Positions 27,347 through 37,341 of a DNA stretch of 64,000 bases are shown piece after piece. A program made the position numbers and the translations under genes. Every line of letters begins with the position of its first letter. Within the stretch, counting starts at the first letter, position 1. The notes beneath the pieces were generated by a model. That model was not told the origin of the DNA and searched no databases. It saw only the letters and a list, made by a program, of their open reading frames with translations. The DNA comes from Limnochordia bacterium (GTDB lineage Bacteria; Bacillota; Limnochordia; DTU080), in NCBI GenBank assembly GCA_050951545.1, contig JBMNJG010000005.1, positions 192,001-256,000 on the forward strand. The letters run 5' to 3'.

Positions 27347-28027
27347 TAGATCCTCCGGCACATCATACTCCTGCTGACAATGAGGACAGACGCTCTTTTT
27401 GGGTGACAAGCCAGGCGAGTACTTGCGCCCAGGATACAACACGACGGTCGACCGCGGTGCCACAAAAGAGGCCCGGACCAGTCCTACCTCGGCCACTGGT
27501 TCTTCCTGGCTCTCCTTGCCCAACACCGTCTCAGCCAACCGCCGCCCTTCACTGAGCGCCAGTGACCATATTTTCTTGACCTCTTCGACTAGAATAGGTC
27601 GCCCAGCCCGTTTCTGGTCAAAGTAGTACTCCGCAATACGTCCTATAGCATAGCTAGACGCAAACACCAGGGGGGCCGCCATGAGCCCTCCCGCGGTTGG
27701 AAGACCCAGCTTATAGAGACTAGCCATCCCATGTTGGGCAAGTAACCCCAAACCGACCATGCCACCGAGTTCCTTCAGGATATCTTCCGCTTGCTTCTTG
27801 CTGATAGGGAATCCCTTTATTTCGCCTATTTTGGCGGCCATGAATACCTGTACAGGGGTGTGTACCAGCACGTCAACAAAAGGGAGCGGCTGAATGGCAA
27901 GCCCCGCGCATACTGCTGCCGTAAGAAAGATCACCCTTTGCACCCGTGCAGCCTCAGCCAAACGAGGGTCATCACTCTCACGCAGTTGGGCTTCAAAGGT
28001 TCTTCGCAGCTCGTCGGCCCGTCGCAT
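27284..28027 (-). CDS. DUF697/YcjF-like membrane protein with a C-terminal zinc finger
   Basis: 'QPLPFVD...Q..M..KIG' DUF697-like core; tail CPHC...VRCSRC (MJ0042-type finger). Confidence 0.65.
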   Translation of the reverse strand: MRRADELRRTFEAQLRESDDPRLAEAARVQRVIFLTAAVCAGLAIQPLPFVDVLVHTPVQVFMAAKIGEIKGFPISKKQAEDILKELGGMVGLGLLAQHGMASLYKLGLPTAGGLMAAPLVFASSYAIGRIAEYYFDQKRAGRPILVEEVKKIWSLALSEGRRLAETVLGKESQEEPVAEVGLVRASFVAPRSTVVLYPGRKYSPGLSPKKSVCPHCQQEYDVPEDLLGQQVRCSRCRSTFCPRESS

Positions 28028-28159
28028 TGAATTCTGCCCTCCCCGCAACTCGAGCGACGCTCAGAAAACCTGTCCACGTTCCTCTTCAACTACATTCTAC
28101 CTGTTACAGGAGTACCCTGGTAGACCACATGACCCGATAAGGTAAAAAGAGTTGCCATC

Positions 28160-30046
28160 TTAGGGATTAGCTGTCTCTGGAGTCGCCTGCTTCTCTTGGT
28201 CCACAAGTATGTCTGCGAGGTGGTTAGGCCAACTGGTGATGATCCCATCTGCATCTGCCTGAATCAGTTGCTTCATCGCCTGCTTGTTATCGGCAATCCC
28301 GACATGAACCTGCATGCCCACACGATGTGCAAGTCGAATGAGCGCCGGGCTTGCCAGTTGCAGAACACCCAGGCGTTGCGGTATCCGCAAGTAACGAGCT
28401 GGTGGCCTGTAAAACACGCCTACCCCTAGACGAGCCATGACGACGAAACGCTTCACTTCTTCTCGGGACAGTGCAGTCGGAATCTCAGGAGCCAGGGTTC
28501 GGAAATACTGTATGGTGGGACCATCTTCTGAGGTCACGATGACGCGGTGACGGGCGCTTGCAGCGTCGAGTACGCCGAGCAGGTTGCGAGCGATATCCTC
28601 ACCACTATCCCTGATATCCACACTGAAGCGAGCTGAGGGATAAGCCAGAAGCACCGCCTCCAACGTGGGTATTCGTACATTGCGACCGCGGTAGGGATAG
28701 CTATTACCATCCAGAGTAAAGCGGTACCCTGCATCGAGCTCTCGTAACTCGGCTACTGGCATGTCGCCCACGGCACCGCTGACCTCAGTAACACCATCGA
28801 GACGCTCCTCGGCAAAAACCACGAGAACACCGTCCATACTGCGGCGAACATCAAGCCCCAATAGGTTTGCTCCGGCCTGCAGCCCTTGTCCAAATGCAGC
28901 GATAGTATTGCCTGGCGCCAAACCCGCAGCACCCTGATGTCCAATCACTACCGGATCCTGCTCAAATTCGAGTCCTGGAAGAAATTGAGTCGAGCGGGGC
29001 AGCTCCGTTACGGTGGACATCCTATCCGGGAGGTGTTCTGCGGTCTCGAGCGTCATAAGTGAGATTCCGATGGCTAGCAGGCCACAGAGGGCCGCTGCCA
29101 TAGCAGAGGAGATTGTCGGCTGAGGCCACTTACTGGGGAGTGGCACGTCAGCGGGAATGGGGTACCCCTTGCCGGGATCCTCCTCATCGGTTGACGGGGG
29201 CTGGGCTGGGCCCAGACCCACATAGCGAAAGAGCGCTGGTGCACCAACCGTGACCCACATCGTCAGCGCACAGTAGGCGAGCATAGAGGCAATGCCGGGT
29301 GCGACAAACCTCCTGCTGACAAGCCAATGGCCCAGCATCAGGCTAGGCCAGCCGAGTGCTAGCCGACCGAGGACTACTCCTGGCGATGGGCGTGCTTCAC
29401 TGTCATCAGGCACATGCCGTGTAACCCCAGTGAGCAACACCCCCATAGCCACACCAGCTATACGAAAGGCATCGTCAGATTGCACCAGAAAAGCCGCCAC
29501 ATACGGCAGCAAGACGCTGTACAGCCAGTCACGCAACCTCGGCTGAGATGGCACTGTAGCCCGATGGACTCGCCGCACAAAGAAGACAGCAATAGCTACG
29601 CCGATAATGATCCCCGCGCAGACCTGATACAGATAGTGCACGCCCAGGTACAAACGAGACAAAGAGATCATGAAAACAACCAACAGGGCACCTGTCGTCA
29701 TGATCGTGCTCCGAGCGTAGAGGGCTAGAAAGCCCCACACGGTGGCAGCCAGCTGAGCGTGGCCTGACGGGAAGCCCGAGCTCCACTCGTAAACCATCAC
29801 ACGTAGCAGTTCGTCCGACGGCCTGGGAATTCCGAGAGCGTCTTTGAGTACACTGCTTACCCACACAGACGTAAGGAGGGCAAGCAACAAACTCCTTCCA
29901 ACGTGTCGGTTCACACACCACAAGACAAACGTAACCAGCAACAGATAGGCAAACTCATTGCCCAAGGCTGATGCCGAGCGGAAAAACCAATCAAGGCTAG
30001 GGATGGAGAATCGCTGTAGCCAGATATTTACGGCCTCGGAGAACAA
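28160..30046 (-). CDS. PAP2 phosphatase fused to a glycerophosphodiester phosphodiesterase-like domain
   Basis: PAP2 motifs K..RP, PSGH, SRLYLGVH; GDPD fold 'RIPTLE', 'DGIIT'; TTG start at 30046. Confidence 0.8.
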   Translation of the reverse strand: MFSEAVNIWLQRFSIPSLDWFFRSASALGNEFAYLLLVTFVLWCVNRHVGRSLLLALLTSVWVSSVLKDALGIPRPSDELLRVMVYEWSSGFPSGHAQLAATVWGFLALYARSTIMTTGALLVVFMISLSRLYLGVHYLYQVCAGIIIGVAIAVFFVRRVHRATVPSQPRLRDWLYSVLLPYVAAFLVQSDDAFRIAGVAMGVLLTGVTRHVPDDSEARPSPGVVLGRLALGWPSLMLGHWLVSRRFVAPGIASMLAYCALTMWVTVGAPALFRYVGLGPAQPPSTDEEDPGKGYPIPADVPLPSKWPQPTISSAMAAALCGLLAIGISLMTLETAEHLPDRMSTVTELPRSTQFLPGLEFEQDPVVIGHQGAAGLAPGNTIAAFGQGLQAGANLLGLDVRRSMDGVLVVFAEERLDGVTEVSGAVGDMPVAELRELDAGYRFTLDGNSYPYRGRNVRIPTLEAVLLAYPSARFSVDIRDSGEDIARNLLGVLDAASARHRVIVTSEDGPTIQYFRTLAPEIPTALSREEVKRFVVMARLGVGVFYRPPARYLRIPQRLGVLQLASPALIRLAHRVGMQVHVGIADNKQAMKQLIQADADGIITSWPNHLADILVDQEKQATPETANP

Positions 30047-30089
30047 GTTTCTCCCCTCCCGCGACGCTCTCGCCCTCAGCTGGGCTCGT

Positions 30090-30806
30090 CTACGGGCCCA
30101 GCAAGACCCGAGCGTGCTGGTCCAAGGCATCCTTTACATAGGTATCCCAGTAGTCCCAGCTGTGGACGCCTGTATGCTCCCGATAGGTGTGAGCAATGCC
30201 TACCTGCTTGAGATGATCACGGAATCTGCGATTCTGTTCTATAAGGAAATCTTCAGTGCCGCAATCAAAACCGATCACTGGCAGTTCCTTGTCCACAGCC
30301 GCCACGGCCAGAGCATAGATATCGCCTTCCGCGCTCGCAGGGAAGACATGCCCTCTGGCCGCCATCTCGTCCTCAGTCCATACCGCTGAGGAGTGCGCCC
30401 ATACAGAAGCAAATCGTTCGGGGTATTTGAGGGCCAGGCGTAGGCTGCCAAAACCACCCATCGACAGACCTCCGATGGCAGCCTTGCCTGCTCGGACGTT
30501 GTATGTACTACTCAGATGCTGAGCTAGATCCTGCATAATGAAGTCCTCATAGCGATCCCGAGCGCCTACGTTCATCCAGAAACTCAGGGCCCCATCCGGC
30601 ATGACTACCAGGAACGGCAGCTTCGCCACGTGCCGGGCGAGGTTGCTCCGGTTGAGCCAGGCGGCGTGATCGTCGGAGGCTCCGTGGAGCTGATACAAGA
30701 CAGGATACGGGCCGGGCCCAACCTCTTGAGCATCGGGCAATATGGCACTGTAGGTCACATGACGCCCCAACGAGCGGCTTCTCATCTGTACCGTAGCGAT
30801 ATTCAT
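30090..30806 (-). CDS. Esterase (FrmB/tributyrin esterase-like alpha/beta hydrolase)
   Basis: YPVLY.LHG, GLSMGG, DCGTEDF, HSWDYW. Confidence 0.88.
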   Translation of the reverse strand: MNIATVQMRSRSLGRHVTYSAILPDAQEVGPGPYPVLYQLHGASDDHAAWLNRSNLARHVAKLPFLVVMPDGALSFWMNVGARDRYEDFIMQDLAQHLSSTYNVRAGKAAIGGLSMGGFGSLRLALKYPERFASVWAHSSAVWTEDEMAARGHVFPASAEGDIYALAVAAVDKELPVIGFDCGTEDFLIEQNRRFRDHLKQVGIAHTYREHTGVHSWDYWDTYVKDALDQHARVLLGP

Positions 30807-30942
30807 CAGTGCTGGCCTCCCATAGCTAGTCATCTCAGTTCTGGTCAGACCCGAAATTGTGAAGATCCCCATCGGATCACGCATGTCTACATAAGTAATA
30901 AGCCCCGAGGCGTGTACACACAACCGCGGGGCTCATTTTCTA

Positions 30943-31037
30943 TGGCGGAAGGGGAGGGATTCGAACCCTCGGTAGGAGTTTATGCCCCTACTACAGTTTA
31001 GCAAACTGCCGCCTTCGACCAGCTCGGCCACCCTTCC
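30943..31037 (-). tRNA. tRNA-Ser (anticodon GCT)
   Basis: Long variable arm, anticodon loop TTGCTAA, GGTTCGAATCC, CCA. Confidence 0.97.
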
Positions 31038-31234
31038 GCATGATACAGCCACAGTGTAGCACATCGGCTTCGGATCAGTCAACGCCTCTTTTGCCGGTAC
31101 CGCAGACTTTATGGGGCAATACCCGCCATCCATGGCAGGAACTGTGCCCATAGAGGCTAAACGTTCTGTATAGACGCGCCCCCTGTCTGAAGGGTACCAC
31201 GTCAGAAATGCCGCGTAAAGAGATACGCTAAGGA

Positions 31235-31600
31235 GTGAGCGCATTGGCAACACCGCCCCCCGGACTCGCAGTTTTCGCGCGTCCGCAGATCGATTGGTCC
31301 GACTTGGGCAAGGAAGTGGGTCTAGGTGCCATCTTCGGTTTTGCCGTAGGCTATGCCGCAAAAAAAGCTATGAAGGTGGTTCTTGTCGTTGCGGGCGTGC
31401 TCCTGCTTTTGGCAGTGCTTTTCGAGCAAAAGGGGATCATCGCTGTCAAATGGGACGTACTTGAGGCCACCTATGCTCGCACAGTGAAGCCACGCGCTGT
31501 GACAGGCGCACTAACCCAGTTTGCCCAACGCCTTGGCCGCCTTATCCCCGTGTCAGGCGGGTTCGTCGCGGGATTCGTGCTTGGGTTCCGCAGCGGATAA
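31235..31600 (+). CDS. FUN14-family membrane protein
   Basis: 'G.GAIFGFAVGYAAKK', 'GII.VKW', 'GF.AGF.LGF'. Confidence 0.8.
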   Translation: MSALATPPPGLAVFARPQIDWSDLGKEVGLGAIFGFAVGYAAKKAMKVVLVVAGVLLLLAVLFEQKGIIAVKWDVLEATYARTVKPRAVTGALTQFAQRLGRLIPVSGGFVAGFVLGFRSG

Positions 31601-31607
31601 GCCAGTG

Positions 31608-32372
31608 CTAGATTCGCCTGGCCACATACACATGCCGCGTGTCCGTCTCCTGCGCCGGAGATCCATCGGTTCGAACCACCTCCAACACCTTGAATTCTGC
31701 CTGCTCTAACAGATGGATGACCTCGGGCATGTAGTAGCCGCACTCAACATGGACTTCAGTGAAACGTTCGTATAGATCTCCACATTGGACAAAAAACGTT
31801 GCAGTGAGGGTCCCTGTATGCGTCACTGGCTCGTACGCATTTTGCCAGATATATACCACGTCGCCGTGATCCTCAACAAATGCATTGTTGCCCCACAGAT
31901 GGCCCAGAGCATAAACGCTATTCATGTCGAAGACAAAAAGGCCACCGCTCTCAAGACAGGCCGCTGTACAGCGAAAGGTGGCCAAGAGATCCTCTTCACG
32001 CAGGTTGTAATTCATGGCATCAAACCAACAGGTGACCATCTGCACGGGTTCAGCCAGCTGAAAAGAACGCATGTCGCCGTGGACAAACGAAACAGGCAGA
32101 CCCGCCTCTAGGGCCAGCTTGGCTCGGGCTTGGGCGAGCATCTGCTCCGAAAGGTCCAAGCCCGTCACCTTGATCCCCTTTTTGGCCAGGGCCAGGGCTA
32201 CCGAACCTGTGCCACAAGCAAGATCAAGAGCAGCACGAGGCTGGCAACCATGCTTCTCGAGTGTGTTCGTCAGCAGACGCAAGAGCTTCAGTCCAAACTC
32301 ATCGCTGCCCATCCTATCATAGATCTCCGCGTATCGTTCATAGGGGCCTGCGGTGGCACCCCAGGTCTTCAC
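31608..32372 (-). CDS. Class I SAM-dependent methyltransferase
   Basis: LDLACGTG, GLDLS..ML, GDM, L..GGLFVFD. Confidence 0.9.
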   Translation of the reverse strand: MKTWGATAGPYERYAEIYDRMGSDEFGLKLLRLLTNTLEKHGCQPRAALDLACGTGSVALALAKKGIKVTGLDLSEQMLAQARAKLALEAGLPVSFVHGDMRSFQLAEPVQMVTCWFDAMNYNLREEDLLATFRCTAACLESGGLFVFDMNSVYALGHLWGNNAFVEDHGDVVYIWQNAYEPVTHTGTLTATFFVQCGDLYERFTEVHVECGYYMPEVIHLLEQAEFKVLEVVRTDGSPAQETDTRHVYVARRI

Positions 32373-32383
32373 ACGCCTACCTC

Positions 32384-33667
32384 CTACGCCAAGTCACCAT
32401 AGTACGCCTGGGCCACCTTGCGTATCGCAGCGGCCACATCGTCCGCATCTTCTTCAGTCCATCTTTGACTGAGGCTGATGGTCAGCACCCGACCTAGGTA
32501 ATCCAGGCTACGCGGACACATGTCGGGGCTGTACTCGACATTCCCCTTGTAAAACTCAGGAGCCCACGGATAACCCGTGCGATCAGCACTCCATTTGTTC
32601 ATCACGTAATCCCAGTAGCTGTAAATGTGGCGATCCGGGATCTCCTTATTGTAGATCGTGCCGTTGCCCACGCCTTCAGCAGCCAGGGCACGAGAAAAAC
32701 GTTGTGCCTCCTGTGCGGAGGACAGATACAGACCCAGCACAATGCCACAATCGCCTTCGGCATCTGCCGAACGTACTGGCCGGATTCCCGGTACATCAAT
32801 GATCTGAGATAGAATCCGCTTCTTTGTCGCCCGAGTGCGCGCCAGTATCCCAGCCAGACGCTGGAACTGCACGTAACCTACGGCGGCCCTCAGCTCACAC
32901 ATCCGGGCATTCTCGCCTGCGAACGGCTCCCACGCATCTTCCTTTTTCCAGAAAGACATCGCGGAGTCGTGTTTGCAGGCAGCTCGTCTGAACACCCGTT
33001 CATCATCCGTAATCACCATACCGCCTTCACCACTAGTGATTACCTTATAGTGTTGGAAGCTGAATATCCCGGCGTGCCCTAGGGAGCCGAGTTTGCGCCC
33101 ATGATACTCGCCACCCACCGCTTGGGCCACATCCTCCAACACCAATATGTTGTGCCGTTGGGCAACATCCATTATCTCATCCATCTGCGCTGGCCAACCC
33201 CGCATGTGCACCGGGATCACGCAGCGAGTCAACGGCGTGATCTTGCGCTCGACATCATGCGGGTCAAGCGTCAGCGTATCGTCAACATCCGCGATGACGG
33301 GAATGGCTCCGACGCTGAGCACTGCTGCAGCCGTGGCGATATAGGTGTAGGCGGGCACAATCACTTCGTCCCCAGTACTGATCCCTAGTCCCACTAGGGC
33401 AGTGATCAAGGCCGTTGTGCCTCCGGTGACAGACAGCGCATACTGGCTATTCGTGAACTCTCTAAACGCTGCCTCAAGACGGAAAGCATACGAGTCCTCG
33501 TCTGTCAGCAGGAAACGAAACATCTTCTTGCGGCGGAGAACCTCTGTTACCGCCGCTATCTCTTCGTCACCCACCTCTTGAATGCCATGCAGACTGGATG
33601 GCAAAGGCCTAGTGCGAACCTTGTCACCACCATCTATCGCTAAGCGACCGCCGCGCCCACATGCCAC
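32384..33667 (-). CDS. DegT/DnrJ/EryC1/StrS PLP aminotransferase
   Basis: GTTAL, EVIVP..TY.ATA, LEDVAQ, SFQHYK..TSGEGG. Confidence 0.9.
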   Translation of the reverse strand: MACGRGGRLAIDGGDKVRTRPLPSSLHGIQEVGDEEIAAVTEVLRRKKMFRFLLTDEDSYAFRLEAAFREFTNSQYALSVTGGTTALITALVGLGISTGDEVIVPAYTYIATAAAVLSVGAIPVIADVDDTLTLDPHDVERKITPLTRCVIPVHMRGWPAQMDEIMDVAQRHNILVLEDVAQAVGGEYHGRKLGSLGHAGIFSFQHYKVITSGEGGMVITDDERVFRRAACKHDSAMSFWKKEDAWEPFAGENARMCELRAAVGYVQFQRLAGILARTRATKKRILSQIIDVPGIRPVRSADAEGDCGIVLGLYLSSAQEAQRFSRALAAEGVGNGTIYNKEIPDRHIYSYWDYVMNKWSADRTGYPWAPEFYKGNVEYSPDMCPRSLDYLGRVLTISLSQRWTEEDADDVAAAIRKVAQAYYGDLA

Positions 33668-33751
33668 TGCTGGCCACCTCCAGGTTAACCTCTTTCTTAT
33701 CAGCTAAGAATCTTCGGGACCGGCACCGCAGCTCCTGCAAGAACCCCGGCG

Positions 33752-34585
33752 TCAGTGCGCCGTTGTTGTCAGCAACAGGCTATCATCCACAACTTGTGCA
33801 CCGCGTACCCGCCGAAACTCCTGAAGCAAATCGTCCACTCCCATCCTCGCCCGCTCAGGACCTGAGATGCTAAGCACGATCTGGCCCTCGTGCATCATGA
33901 TGGTCCGATCGCCCAGACGAAGCGCCTGCTCCAAGTTGTGGGTTATCATTAGGGTGGTCAGCCCCTCTTGAGCGACTAAACGCTCAGTAAGCAGGATAAT
34001 CTGCTCGGCGGTAGTGGGATCAAGAGCAGCCGTATGCTCATCAAGCAGCAGCAGACTGGGGCGGGCCAAGGTCGCCATCACCAATGCCAATGCTTGGCGC
34101 TGGCCGCCAGACAAGAGACCTACGGCACTATGCAGTCGATCTTCCAGACCTAGTCCCAGCACACATAGGCTCTGCTTGATCCGTTCCCTTCCCTGTCGAG
34201 TAAGCCCTCTGTTGAGACCCCGTCTCTGACCTCTGCGCCTGGCCATGGCCAGGTTTTCCTCAACGCTCATAGAAGCCGCGGTCCCCTGTAGGGGATTCTG
34301 AAACACTCGCCCAATGCGTGCAGCCCGTTCGTGCTCGGGCTGCAGAGTGATATCCTCTTTGTCCAACAGAATGATTCCTCGGTCCACGGGGAAAACACCT
34401 GCGATAGCATTCAACAGCGTCGATTTCCCGGCCCCGTTGCTCCCTATGATGGTGACAAACTGCCCAGGACACACCTTGAGATCAACGCCGGACAAGGCCC
34501 CTTTCGGAGCGACACCTCCCACCATGAAGATCTTATGCAGATTGGCTATCTCTAACACTGCTGGTGCCTCCTCCTTGCCCGACAT
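33752..34585 (-). CDS. Putative aromatic amino acid ABC transporter, ATP-binding subunit
   Basis: GSNGAGKS, LSGGQRQ, LLDEHTAALDP. Confidence 0.9.
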   Translation of the reverse strand: MSGKEEAPAVLEIANLHKIFMVGGVAPKGALSGVDLKVCPGQFVTIIGSNGAGKSTLLNAIAGVFPVDRGIILLDKEDITLQPEHERAARIGRVFQNPLQGTAASMSVEENLAMARRRGQRRGLNRGLTRQGRERIKQSLCVLGLGLEDRLHSAVGLLSGGQRQALALVMATLARPSLLLLDEHTAALDPTTAEQIILLTERLVAQEGLTTLMITHNLEQALRLGDRTIMMHEGQIVLSISGPERARMGVDDLLQEFRRVRGAQVVDDSLLLTTTAH

Positions 34586-35510
34586 ATCCCTCTGTCAGCA
34601 AGCGAGCATTCTCGATGGCCACCTGCCTGGAAAGGCTGCGCTCTTGCCAGCTAGTTCTCAAGGTGGGCAATGCCAAAGCTGCGATAACGAGGACGGCTGT
34701 CATGATACGCAGATCAGTAGGCTCCAACCCCATGCGCAATGCGAAGAAGATGGCAAGGCGATAGATGATCGCTCCCATCAACACGCCAAAGGTGGCGCGA
34801 AAAATGGAGTGCGAACGGATTACCCCCGTGCCAATGATCACGGACGCCAATCCCACCACCACGGTACCAATACCCATGCCTACGTCAGCAAAACCTTGAT
34901 ACTGGGCCACTAATGCCCCAGACAAAGCGACCAAACCATTGGCCAGACTGAGCCCGACGATGGTCATCGCCTGGGTATCAACGCCCAAGCTTCGGATCAT
35001 CTCCGGGCTATCACCTGTAGCCCGCATGGCCAAGCCGATATCTGTGCTTAAGAAGCCATCCAGAAGCAGCTTGATACCGACAGCCAGGAACAACAGCAAC
35101 AACAAGGCCAGATAAGGAACACCTGGCAGCAACTCCTCGAGCAAAGTGAACACAGTCGCCTGGCGCAACAAGGGGATATTGGCTCTGCCCATGATGCGCA
35201 GATTGACAGAGTACAGCCCTGTCATTGTCAGAATACCGGCCAACAGCCCTGCTATCTTCAGTTTCGTGTGCAGCACACCAGTCAACGCCCCACCCAACAT
35301 TCCAGCGAACAACGCCGCAAGACACGCCAGAAATGGAGAGACACCTGCCGTTATCAATGAGGCGGCTACTGCTGCGCCGAGTGGAAATGTGCCATCCACC
35401 GTAAGGTCAGCAACCTGCAAAACCCTATAGGTGATAAAGACTCCCAGGGCCATGATGGCGTAGGCCAGCCCTTGCTCGATCGAGCTACTGATCAGCTCAA
35501 AGCTCAACAT
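34533..35510 (-). CDS. Putative aromatic amino acid ABC transporter, permease
   Basis: DLTVDG.FPLG, YSVNLRIMG, GFADVGMGIG. Confidence 0.9.
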   Translation of the reverse strand: MLSFELISSSIEQGLAYAIMALGVFITYRVLQVADLTVDGTFPLGAAVAASLITAGVSPFLACLAALFAGMLGGALTGVLHTKLKIAGLLAGILTMTGLYSVNLRIMGRANIPLLRQATVFTLLEELLPGVPYLALLLLLFLAVGIKLLLDGFLSTDIGLAMRATGDSPEMIRSLGVDTQAMTIVGLSLANGLVALSGALVAQYQGFADVGMGIGTVVVGLASVIIGTGVIRSHSIFRATFGVLMGAIIYRLAIFFALRMGLEPTDLRIMTAVLVIAALALPTLRTSWQERSLSRQVAIENARLLTEGYVGQGGGTSSVRDSQSA

Positions 35511-35543
35511 GGCGGCCCCCCTTGGTAACCTTCCTTCGTTCCA

Positions 35544-36506
35544 CTAGCGAATAACCTCGTCTGCCTTGGCGATGAGTGCTTGAGGCACCGTAACGCCCAT
35601 TCGCTCTGCAGCCCGCAAATTGACAACCACCCGCAATTCCTGCTGATACTGGATCGGCATCTTGGCAGGATCGGTCCCGTTGAGCACCTTGACCGCCATG
35701 TCTGCCGTCTGCTGCCCCAGACGGTAGTAATCTAAGCCCAAGGTAGCGAGGGCACCACGCCGCACACTGTCACCCTCGCCCGCGATCAAGGGGATTTTCG
35801 CTCGCTCGGCCACCATGATCACTGACTCCAGGGCAGAGACCACAGTGTTGTCAGTAGGCACGTAGATAGCATCCACGCGACCGACCAAAGACTGCGCAGC
35901 CTGCAAGACCTCACTGGTGTTTCCCGCCGTTGCCTCGACAAGTGCCAGGCCTTCTTCCTTGGCGACCTGTTTGGCCAGCTCCACCTGTACTACTGAGTTT
36001 GTCTCGCCCGCGTTGTAGACCACACCCAAACGGCGGGCCTGCGGCCGGAGGCTCTTGACCAGGGCTATCTGCTGAGCCACGGGGTTGAGATCCGACGTAC
36101 CAGTCACATTGGTCCCAGGGGTTTGGTTTGATCGTACGAGCCCTGCAGCCTGCGGATCGGTCACGGCGGTGATCAGGATCGGAATCTTGCTCGTCACATT
36201 CGCCGCTGCCTGAGCCGTGGGTGTCGCGATAGCTAGGATCAAATCCACACCATCACCCACGAACTTGCGCGCGATGGTCTGCGCCGTGGCCATGTCACCT
36301 TGCGCGTTGCGCATGTCATAGATAACCTGCTTACCCTCCTGATAGCCTAGCTGCTTCATTCGATCGACAAACCCCTGTCGAGCAGAATCCAGAGCCGGGT
36401 GTTCAGCGATCTGCGCGATGCCGATAGTGACGGTCTTTGCCGCTCCAGTTGCTGCTGCAGCAAGAATAATCAGACACACGACGAAAAGGGAGACGCGTGA
36501 TCTCAT
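35544..36506 (-). CDS. ABC substrate-binding protein (TrpX-like)
   Basis: EHPALD, NAQGD, AVTDP, NVTGTSD, PTDNTV. Confidence 0.9.
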   Translation of the reverse strand: MRSRVSLFVVCLIILAAAATGAAKTVTIGIAQIAEHPALDSARQGFVDRMKQLGYQEGKQVIYDMRNAQGDMATAQTIARKFVGDGVDLILAIATPTAQAAANVTSKIPILITAVTDPQAAGLVRSNQTPGTNVTGTSDLNPVAQQIALVKSLRPQARRLGVVYNAGETNSVVQVELAKQVAKEEGLALVEATAGNTSEVLQAAQSLVGRVDAIYVPTDNTVVSALESVIMVAERAKIPLIAGEGDSVRRGALATLGLDYYRLGQQTADMAVKVLNGTDPAKMPIQYQQELRVVVNLRAAERMGVTVPQALIAKADEVIR

Positions 36507-36525
36507 GAAGACACACTCCTCTGGC

Positions 36526-36993
36526 CTAAGGCCCTTCCCATTCATGGCTGTGTTTGCCCACTTTCATAACCAAGGACGTGTCGCTGCTACTTACTCCAGG
36601 AATGGCGCGCAACGTCTTGGTCAAAAAAGCATACAAATCCTCCATGTTGCTGACCACCACCTCCATGATCACGTCGTAGGCTCCAGTACATATAGCCATG
36701 TATCTCACCTCTGGCAGCATCTCTAGCTGAGCCACCACCTCCTCCACCTCAGCACCCGTTAGCTTCACTCCCACGATGGCCAGCGTCTGGACGCCAACCT
36801 TGCTGGGATCTAGCACCCCGGTGATCTTGAGAACGCCCTCGTCAATGAGTCGGTTGACGCGCTTGCGCACCGTTCCCTCTGCGAGATTCAAAGCAGTAGC
36901 GATGGCAGTGAAAGGCATTCGCCCATCTTGCTGCAGATAACGCAAAATCTTGCGGTCGAGGTCATCCAAACCGGGTTGTGGGAACGAACGCAT
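36526..36993 (-). CDS. Lrp/AsnC transcriptional regulator
   Basis: LDDLDRKIL..LQ.DGR, TVRKRV.RL, TGAYD. Confidence 0.92.
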   Translation of the reverse strand: MRSFPQPGLDDLDRKILRYLQQDGRMPFTAIATALNLAEGTVRKRVNRLIDEGVLKITGVLDPSKVGVQTLAIVGVKLTGAEVEEVVAQLEMLPEVRYMAICTGAYDVIMEVVVSNMEDLYAFLTKTLRAIPGVSSSDTSLVMKVGKHSHEWEGP

Positions 36994-37271
36994 GCAATCT
37001 GTCGCCTCCCTCGAGCGATATCCACATCGACAGTTACGTATTACGTAATTATGACTGCAACGCCGCAACAAGGTGTTTGAACCGCATTATATCACCTACC
37101 AAGTGACGAATCAAGCACCTTTTGGCCCTATTAGTACCGAAAGACGTGCCCGCATCAGTCCATGGCCGCTGGCTCGCCCAGTGCCTTGGGCATTCCCGCC
37201 AGGAATATGGCGCCCCAAGGACGAAGCCCGCTGGTGTCATCCGAACAGCATCGTCGAACGGTTCTTTTTGG

Positions 37272-37332
37272 AGTAGGCATGTCCGAAGCCTCCGACATGC
37301 CCGCACAGCATCACATCATTTCCTTAGGGAGG
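37272..37332 (+). repeat. Dispersed hairpin repeat, copy 3
   Basis: GTAGGCATGTC...GACATGCCCGCACAGC, then CATCATTT and GGGAGG. Confidence 0.75.
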
Positions 37333-37341
37333 ATTCGCGCA

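Noticed and set aside
37034-37050. TTACGTA repeat/palindrome upstream of Lrp
   Set aside because: A plausible autoregulatory site, but it is a single short occurrence with too little support to call.
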